In this document: positions 58,024 through 64,000 of the stretch, in pieces | Layout: each line of letters opens with the position of its first letter | Numbering within the stretch: position 1 is the first letter of the stretch | Assembly (NCBI GenBank): GCA_048538275.1 | Contig: JBLYPW010000002.1 | Location: 2,111 to 66,110 of the forward strand | From: Candidatus Komeilibacteria bacterium | GTDB taxonomy: Bacteria; Patescibacteriota; Patescibacteriia; UBA1558 | Length of the DNA stretch: 64,000 nucleotides | Direction of reading: 5' to 3' | Made by a program: the position numbers and the translations under genes | The notes under the pieces: model-generated | The model's input: the letters and a program-made list of their open reading frames with translations, nothing else | Databases searched by the model: none | Told to the model about the DNA's origin: nothing

Positions 58024-58048
58024 AGGTCTAGACCTTCAAGGTTGGCGG
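58011..58048. repeat. REP-D perfect 38-bp palindrome containing the RAYT3 stop codon
   Basis: ccgccaaccttgaaggtctagaccttcaaggttggcgg. Confidence 0.9.
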
Positions 58049-58129
58049 CTAGCTTGACCAGCTTGTTTTAATTTGTTAGTTTATAGTCTTATCGGACTTT
58101 AATAATTACATAGTATAAAAGGAGGAAGT

Positions 58130-59338
58130 ATGAGCTTTTTAGGTGGGAGGATTCGCCGTCTTCGTTTTAAGCATGAAGAAAAGATGGTTTATTGTTTAGT
58201 CAGAGCTGATATTTGGCAGAGTGACGCGGCTGTGATTCGGCAACCAGCTGCGCTAGCGGGAAAGATTTTAGTCGGCACTTGGCAGCGCTTGGATAATATT
58301 TATGATAATTTAGCCAGCGCTAAAAAACATGCATTTAGTCGTCAAGACAGGCGCTATATGCTACTTGATAATATCTGGGCTGCTCATCGTCAAGCTAATT
58401 ATATTTTGATTGGCATTGGCAAAAATAAATTTCAGGGCGAAAGAAAAGTCTTGCGCGAGTTAAGACGTCTCACCAGAGTTTATCACAACCGCACGGCAAA
58501 TTTGAGTAAAGAAAATGTCGCGGCCATATTCAGTGATTATCAAAAAGATATTGATAGAGTACGTAAAGAACTCATCAATAGCAAAGCTTTGCTCAAGCAA
58601 GACGCCTTACAAAAATGGGAAAGTATTGCTGGCGGTCAAGACATTCTTGGTCGGCTAAATAAACAGGCAACGGGCGCTAAGTTATGGAAGGCGGGAGATG
58701 ATTTGTCAGCGCGCTTGGCGGATTTAAGAGCTGTTTACAGCAAAGCCGTTGTTCATGCTGCTACCTTTGCGGGTCAAATTGATCTGGTAGTAGAGCTGCT
58801 TTGGGCCGTTGAAAACTGGGCTAAAATAATTCTTTTGGATGTGCAGAATCTTCGCTCTGAAGGTATTCATACAGCCTTAAGAACAGAGCTTGTTTGGCAT
58901 CAGCAGCAATTGCGAGAAATTGATTTTTCTCCCTATGTAGTCAGTAATGTTTATTGGGGTGAATTATTAACCACTGCAAATTCATTATTAAGCAATGAGT
59001 TGGTGCTAAGCAATATTAAGCGTTTGTGGCGCCTGTGTCGTATCAAGCGGATTCAATTGATAGTGGAAGAGATGATCGGTTTAATCAGCTATCATGATGC
59101 TGGTGATGCATATACTCAGTGGAGCGCTGAGTTGTCTAGAAAAAATCAGTTGATCAGCCGAATGTTTCGTGCTTATCGCGCATTGGCTTATGATCGTAAT
59201 TTGACCAGATATAAAAGGCTGCAATTGCGCTGGGATAATTTATCGGTTGTATTGGCTGATAATAAAGGTCATCGTTCGCACGCATTTTGGCAAGAGCACA
59301 AAGCCCAATTAAAGGAATTTTCGCAAAAATTGAATTAA
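58130..59338 (+). CDS. Hypothetical basic, alpha-helical protein
   Basis: 402-aa ORF with an AGGAGG RBS just upstream and a terminator downstream; no motif recognised. Confidence 0.65.
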   Translation: MSFLGGRIRRLRFKHEEKMVYCLVRADIWQSDAAVIRQPAALAGKILVGTWQRLDNIYDNLASAKKHAFSRQDRRYMLLDNIWAAHRQANYILIGIGKNKFQGERKVLRELRRLTRVYHNRTANLSKENVAAIFSDYQKDIDRVRKELINSKALLKQDALQKWESIAGGQDILGRLNKQATGAKLWKAGDDLSARLADLRAVYSKAVVHAATFAGQIDLVVELLWAVENWAKIILLDVQNLRSEGIHTALRTELVWHQQQLREIDFSPYVVSNVYWGELLTTANSLLSNELVLSNIKRLWRLCRIKRIQLIVEEMIGLISYHDAGDAYTQWSAELSRKNQLISRMFRAYRALAYDRNLTRYKRLQLRWDNLSVVLADNKGHRSHAFWQEHKAQLKEFSQKLN

Positions 59339-59351
59339 CCAAAAAAAGCTT

Positions 59352-59389
59352 AAACCCCGTTGTTTGAAATATAATCGGCGGGGTTTTTT
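59352..59389 (+). terminator. Intrinsic terminator
   Basis: aaaccccgttg...cggcggggtttttt. Confidence 0.6.
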
Positions 59390-59512
59390 AGTTGACTTGT
59401 GATTAGTTTTTTGGTAATAAGTATGGTTTTTTTGTATTATTGGGTTAATTTGCTAAATTGACTAAAATCCCCTATAATTTAGGGGTTAATTGTTATAAAT
59501 TTGCTAAAATAC

Positions 59513-60913
59513 ATGGCCCGACAAAAACAGTCAACAGACAATGGTTTGATGGAAAAAGTGGTGGCTTTGGCCAAGCGTCGCGGTTTTATTTTTCCTTCTT
59601 CAGAAATTTATGGAGGACTTGCTGCTACTTATGATTATGGTCCTTTGGGCGTGGAGTTAAAAAATAATATTAAACAGGCTTGGTGGAAAATGTTTGTTAC
59701 CGATAGACCAGACATGGTGGGCATTGATGCTGCCATTATTATGCATCCGAAAGTTTGGGAAGCGTCTGGCCATATTCAGAATTTTTCTGACCCTTTAGTG
59801 GATTGTAAACAATGTAAACGACGCTATCGGGCTGATCATTTATTGTCAGCAGACTCTTTAAGTCCGCAGTATGATAAAGCGCAGGCCCCTGAATTAGACA
59901 ATATTAAATGTCCAGAATGTGGCGGAGAATTGACGGCAGCGCGTAATTTTAATTTAATGTTTAAGACTCACATGGGTCCGGTGGAGGATGAAGGTGCGGA
60001 AGTATACTTGCGTCCGGAGACCGCTGGCGGCATGTTTGTTAATTTTAAAAATATTGTAGATACGATGCGCATGCGTATACCTTTTGGCATGGGGCAAGTT
60101 GGTAAAGCTTTTAGAAACGAGATAACCACGGAAAATTTTATTTTTCGGACAAGAGAATTTGAACAATTAGAAGTAGAATATTTTATTCACCCCCAAGATT
60201 GGCAGAAACATTTTGCCGATTGGTTGAAGATTATGGATGATTGGTGTGAGTTTATTGGTGTGCCCAAAGAAAATTATGTAAAGGTTGAAATAGATGAAAA
60301 GGATAGAGCTTTTTATTCAAAGCGGACAGTAGATTTTGAGTATAAATATCCATTTGGCCAAAAAGAATTATATGGCCTAGCGTACCGGACAGATTATGAT
60401 TTGACACAACACGCCAAGTTTTCTAAGCAAGATTTAACATATACAGACCCTATTACAAAAGAAAAATATATTCCTCATGTGATTGAGCCATCGCTAGGAC
60501 TTGATCGCTCGGTATTGGCTTGTTTATTGTCAGCTTATACAGAAATAGCCGGTGGCAGGTCAACCACTACAGATGCTATCAAAGATATAGAAGTGGTATT
60601 ACGCTTACCCTATGTTTTAGCGCCTATTAAAGTAGCTATTCTGCCCTTATCAAAGAAAGAACCATTAGCCAATTTGGCTAAAGAAATTGATGAGTTGTTA
60701 CGTCCGCATTGGCGAACGATGTATGATGAAACAGCTTCTATTGGTAAACGTTATCGTCGTCAGGATGAAATTGGTACACCATATTGCGTGACCGTGGATT
60801 TTGATAGTTTGGCAGATGGACAAGTGACTGTACGTGATCGTGATACCATGGAGCAAGTGAGAATAGCTATTACCGAGTTGCCTGATTATTTCAAAAATAA
60901 ATTAAATTTTTAA
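59513..60913 (+). CDS. glyQS: Glycine--tRNA ligase (alpha2 type)
   Basis: KRRGFIFPSSEIYGG, DYGPLG, YLRPETA, GKAFRNEIT, FRTREFEQ, PHVIEPS.G.DR, SIGKRYRRQDEIGTP; ATG 59513 preferred over TTG 59501. Confidence 0.95.
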   Translation: MARQKQSTDNGLMEKVVALAKRRGFIFPSSEIYGGLAATYDYGPLGVELKNNIKQAWWKMFVTDRPDMVGIDAAIIMHPKVWEASGHIQNFSDPLVDCKQCKRRYRADHLLSADSLSPQYDKAQAPELDNIKCPECGGELTAARNFNLMFKTHMGPVEDEGAEVYLRPETAGGMFVNFKNIVDTMRMRIPFGMGQVGKAFRNEITTENFIFRTREFEQLEVEYFIHPQDWQKHFADWLKIMDDWCEFIGVPKENYVKVEIDEKDRAFYSKRTVDFEYKYPFGQKELYGLAYRTDYDLTQHAKFSKQDLTYTDPITKEKYIPHVIEPSLGLDRSVLACLLSAYTEIAGGRSTTTDAIKDIEVVLRLPYVLAPIKVAILPLSKKEPLANLAKEIDELLRPHWRTMYDETASIGKRYRRQDEIGTPYCVTVDFDSLADGQVTVRDRDTMEQVRIAITELPDYFKNKLNF

Positions 60914-60928
60914 GTTCATTTATATACA

Positions 60929-62221
60929 ATGTTAAAAAAGAAAATTCATGAACAGTTATTGGCTAATGGCGCGCGTGTTATTTTAGCGCCTCGCCAAGAA
61001 ACGGAAGCGGTTACTTTATTGGTAATGTTTGGCGTGGGTTCACGTCAGGAAAATGCCGACAACAATGGCGTTTCACATTTTATTGAGCATTTATTTTTTA
61101 AAGGAACGACCCATCGTCCATCCACTTTATTGATCAGCCAAGAATTGGATAAAATCGGTGCCAGTTATAATGCTTTTACCAGTAAAGATTATACCGGGTA
61201 TTATGTCAAAGTAGCTAAAAAACATTTACCCATAGCATTTGATATTTTATCCGATATGTTATTACATCCTTTATTTAAAGGAGTGGAAATAAATCGGGAG
61301 CGGGGAGTGATAATTGAAGAAATCAGAATGTATCAGGACAATCCCGCTTGGCATATTGGCGATATTTTGGAACAATCGGTTTATCGTGGTCATCCTTTAG
61401 GACAAGACATTGCCGGACCGGAAGAAATAATAGCCGGTATCAAGCGAAGTGACATTATCGGATATAGAGATAGTTTTTATGCGCCTGCTAATATGGTAAT
61501 TGCTCTGGCTGGTAACTTTAGCAAAACAACTGCTCATCATTATTTGCACCAATATTTTGACAAACCTTTTGGGCCCAATCAGGTAGCGAGTGGGGATCAT
61601 TTATTAGTACCAGCGCAAACGCAGCCACGTTTACAATTGGAGTATAAGGATACAGCCCAAGCGCAACTGGCTTTGGGGTGGGTAGCACCGGGTAAAATTA
61701 GCTCGGATTATTGGCCGTTATTGGTCATGGCTACAATTTTGGGGGGTAATATGAGTTCGCGTTTGTTTATCAATGTACGTGAACGTAATGGCTTGGCTTA
61801 TACCGTGAAGGCGGGTGTGGATGATCATCCTGATGTCAGCACTTTTTATGTACAGGCCGGTGTGGCTAAAGATAAGCTGGATAAAACTTTATCATTGATT
61901 TGGCGAGAGCTGAGGCAGGTTAAAAATAAACTGGTTACTAAAACAGAATTAGACAAGGCAAAAGATTATTTGCAGGGCAAATTAGTATTATCTTTAGAGG
62001 ATAGTTTTACAGAAGCATATCGTTTGGCCGAACAAACTTTATGGCAAGGCAAGGTGCAGAATATTGCGCGCACCAAGCGGGCGATCGCCGCAGTCACTCC
62101 TGCTCAAGTGCGTCAAATAGCTCGTCATATTTTAAATTCTGTAAATACAAATTTGGCCATTATCGGCCCTTATAAAAGTAAAACAAAATTTAAACAATGG
62201 TTAAATAAACAAACTATATGA
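60929..62221 (+). CDS. M16 family zinc peptidase
   Basis: GVSHFIEHLFFKGT (HxxEH), NAFTSKDYT.YY, ERGVIIEE, SSRLF..VRE..GLAY. Confidence 0.92.
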   Translation: MLKKKIHEQLLANGARVILAPRQETEAVTLLVMFGVGSRQENADNNGVSHFIEHLFFKGTTHRPSTLLISQELDKIGASYNAFTSKDYTGYYVKVAKKHLPIAFDILSDMLLHPLFKGVEINRERGVIIEEIRMYQDNPAWHIGDILEQSVYRGHPLGQDIAGPEEIIAGIKRSDIIGYRDSFYAPANMVIALAGNFSKTTAHHYLHQYFDKPFGPNQVASGDHLLVPAQTQPRLQLEYKDTAQAQLALGWVAPGKISSDYWPLLVMATILGGNMSSRLFINVRERNGLAYTVKAGVDDHPDVSTFYVQAGVAKDKLDKTLSLIWRELRQVKNKLVTKTELDKAKDYLQGKLVLSLEDSFTEAYRLAEQTLWQGKVQNIARTKRAIAAVTPAQVRQIARHILNSVNTNLAIIGPYKSKTKFKQWLNKQTI

Positions 62222-63261
62222 GTACAGACAACTTGACCATCAATATTTCCACACAGACTTTTATAAAAATATTGATTTTTATCATTGCTGTCGGTTTTAT
62301 TTATTTGGTGCGGGAAGCGGTAGCTTTGATTTTCATTGCTTTGATTTTAGCATCTGCTCTAGATCCTTTGGTGGATTGGTTGCGCAAATTTAAGATCCCA
62401 CGTGGTTTGGGCATTATTATTATTTATCTTGTATTGTTTGCTATTATTAGTGGTGTGATTATTTTAATAATTCCGCCCATAACTTCTGAATTAAAATTAA
62501 TAGCCAATGACTTTCCGGCTTATTATGAAAAGGTAATTTCCGGATTCAATTATTTGACGACCAATCGTAGTGAAATGGAGGTAGCTGATCAGATTCAAGG
62601 CAGCTTAGACTCTATTACCAGTAATCTTAGTCGAGCAGCGAGTGGTGCTTTTTCTACTTTGATGGATATTTTTGGCGGTATTATTTCCTTTTTCTTGGTA
62701 CTGGTCATTACTTTTTATTTTACCGTAGAGGAAGAGGGGATGAAGCGTTTTGTTCGTTCTATTAGCCCGGCCCATTATCAGCCATATTTAATGCAGTTGA
62801 TGGCGCGCATTCAACGTCGTTTAGGTTATTGGTTACGTGGGCAGCTGATTTTATCTTTAATAATATTTATTCTCACTTTTATTGGCTTGACTTTGCTCGG
62901 TGTAGAATATGCTTTATTATTAGCTTTGTTGGCCGGAGTGTTTGAAGTCATTCCTTATTTAGGACCGTTTTTAGGTGCAGTACCAGCTGTATTTTTAGCT
63001 TTTGCGCAATCGCCGGTCAAAGCTATGCTGGTTGCTATTTTATATGTGATTGTTCAGCAATTAGAAAATAATGTCATCGTGCCTAAAGTGATGAGCAAGT
63101 CTGTCGGTATCAATCCCTTGGTAGTCATAATTGTATTATTGATCGGTGGTAAATTGGGTGGAGTTGTTGGCATGGTATTGGCCGTACCGGTAGCAACCGC
63201 TATCTCTGTCTTTTTGGAAGATTTTATGGATAGAAGAATAAAACAAGCCGCCGATGCCTAA
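62218..63261 (+). CDS. AI-2E family transporter
   Basis: Polytopic; WLRGQL, IPYLGP, QQLENNVIVPKVM, GINPL. Confidence 0.9.
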   Translation: MSTDNLTINISTQTFIKILIFIIAVGFIYLVREAVALIFIALILASALDPLVDWLRKFKIPRGLGIIIIYLVLFAIISGVIILIIPPITSELKLIANDFPAYYEKVISGFNYLTTNRSEMEVADQIQGSLDSITSNLSRAASGAFSTLMDIFGGIISFFLVLVITFYFTVEEEGMKRFVRSISPAHYQPYLMQLMARIQRRLGYWLRGQLILSLIIFILTFIGLTLLGVEYALLLALLAGVFEVIPYLGPFLGAVPAVFLAFAQSPVKAMLVAILYVIVQQLENNVIVPKVMSKSVGINPLVVIIVLLIGGKLGGVVGMVLAVPVATAISVFLEDFMDRRIKQAADA

Positions 63262-63934
63262 TGTGAGCACCCTATTTATTGTAGCTACGCCTCTAGGTAA
63301 TTTAAATGATATTAGCTTGCGAGCTTTGGATACTTTACGCAATGTTGATGTTATAGCTTGTGAAGATACCCGTGTTTCTAGTAAGTTGCTGGCGCATTAT
63401 GACATCAGCAAACCTTTATTGTCATATTGGCAACACAGTAAATCAGTACAAACAGAGAAAGTATTGGCTTTATTGGGTCAAGGTAAAACGGTAGCTTTGT
63501 TGACTGATGCCGGGACGCCAGGCATAGCGGATCCAGGAGGACGATTGGTGGCCGCTGTTAGTTTGGCGGGTTATAATGTCATACCAGTGCCGGGACCGAG
63601 CGCTATTGTCACTGCGCTTAGTATTTCTGGTTTTGCGGCAGATGAATTTATGTTTTTTGGTTTTCTACCTCATAAAAAAGGACGACAAACAAAATTGCAA
63701 GAGGTGGTAACTACGACTACAACCGCTGTTTTATATGAGTCGGTTCACCGTATAGAAAAATTATTACAACAGTTGATTGAATATGGGATTGGCGACCGAC
63801 GCATTGTATTAGCTAGAGAATTAACAAAAAAATTTGAAACTATTTATCGGGGCACAGCAAAAGAAGTATTAGCACAATTATCTGCTGATACTATCAAAGG
63901 GGAGTTTGTATTAGTGATGGATAGAAAGAATTAA
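63254..63934 (+). CDS. rsmI: 16S rRNA (cytidine1402-2'-O)-methyltransferase
   Basis: VATPLGNL.DIS.RA, ACEDTR, DAGTPGIADPG, PGPSA, YES.HR, RELTKKFE, KGEFVL. Confidence 0.94.
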   Translation: MPNVSTLFIVATPLGNLNDISLRALDTLRNVDVIACEDTRVSSKLLAHYDISKPLLSYWQHSKSVQTEKVLALLGQGKTVALLTDAGTPGIADPGGRLVAAVSLAGYNVIPVPGPSAIVTALSISGFAADEFMFFGFLPHKKGRQTKLQEVVTTTTTAVLYESVHRIEKLLQQLIEYGIGDRRIVLARELTKKFETIYRGTAKEVLAQLSADTIKGEFVLVMDRKN

Positions 63935-63937
63935 ATT

Positions 63938-64000
63938 ATGGAAAAGTTTTATATCACAACGCCTATATATTATGTCAACGACCCCGCCACGGACTCACTA
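63938..64000 (+). CDS. metG: Methionine--tRNA ligase N-terminus (3'-partial)
   Basis: MEKFYITTPIYYVND; the rsmI-metG gene order is common. Confidence 0.7.
   Translation, partial: MEKFYITTPIYYVNDPATDSL

Overview
AT-rich bacterial window, almost entirely + strand, using the standard genetic code. Gene content suggests Patescibacteria/CPR (inference). (1) 1-11.3 kb: a 5'-partial giant surface protein (>2750 aa; GxVGIGTT repeats, three Peptidase_G2-like modules), a polytopic GT-C-like membrane protein and a small conserved membrane-anchored protein. (2) 11.4-44.8 kb: a tandem array of seven large N-terminally anchored LamG/concanavalin-A-like proteins (about 34 LamG domains by my motif count, plus DUF2341, CBM-like and fibrinogen-like modules), with one REP-associated HUH tyrosine transposase (RAYT) in the middle and a second at the right end. 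(3) 45.8-64 kb: housekeeping genes (MerR-like regulator, ileS, recO, tgt, membrane-anchored Clp ATPase, glyQS, M16 peptidase, AI-2E transporter, rsmI, start of metG) with a third RAYT. The main signal: the 15-bp palindromic REP that flanks RAYT1 (CAACCCCCGGCGTTG, about 26 copies) lies in frame at the same position of five of the seven lectin genes, between the basic N-terminal leader and the transmembrane helix (peptide NPRRWQPPAL). It also forms a 94-bp direct repeat bracketing a sixth gene. The paralogs are mosaics with near-identical junctions around different domain cores, and all three divergent RAYTs share a hairpin plus T-run directly before their ATG. This is a candidate RAYT/REP-driven cassette-shuffling or phase-variation system for surface lectins; the mechanism is inference. 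No CRISPR, rRNA, tRNA or reverse transcriptase was recognised.
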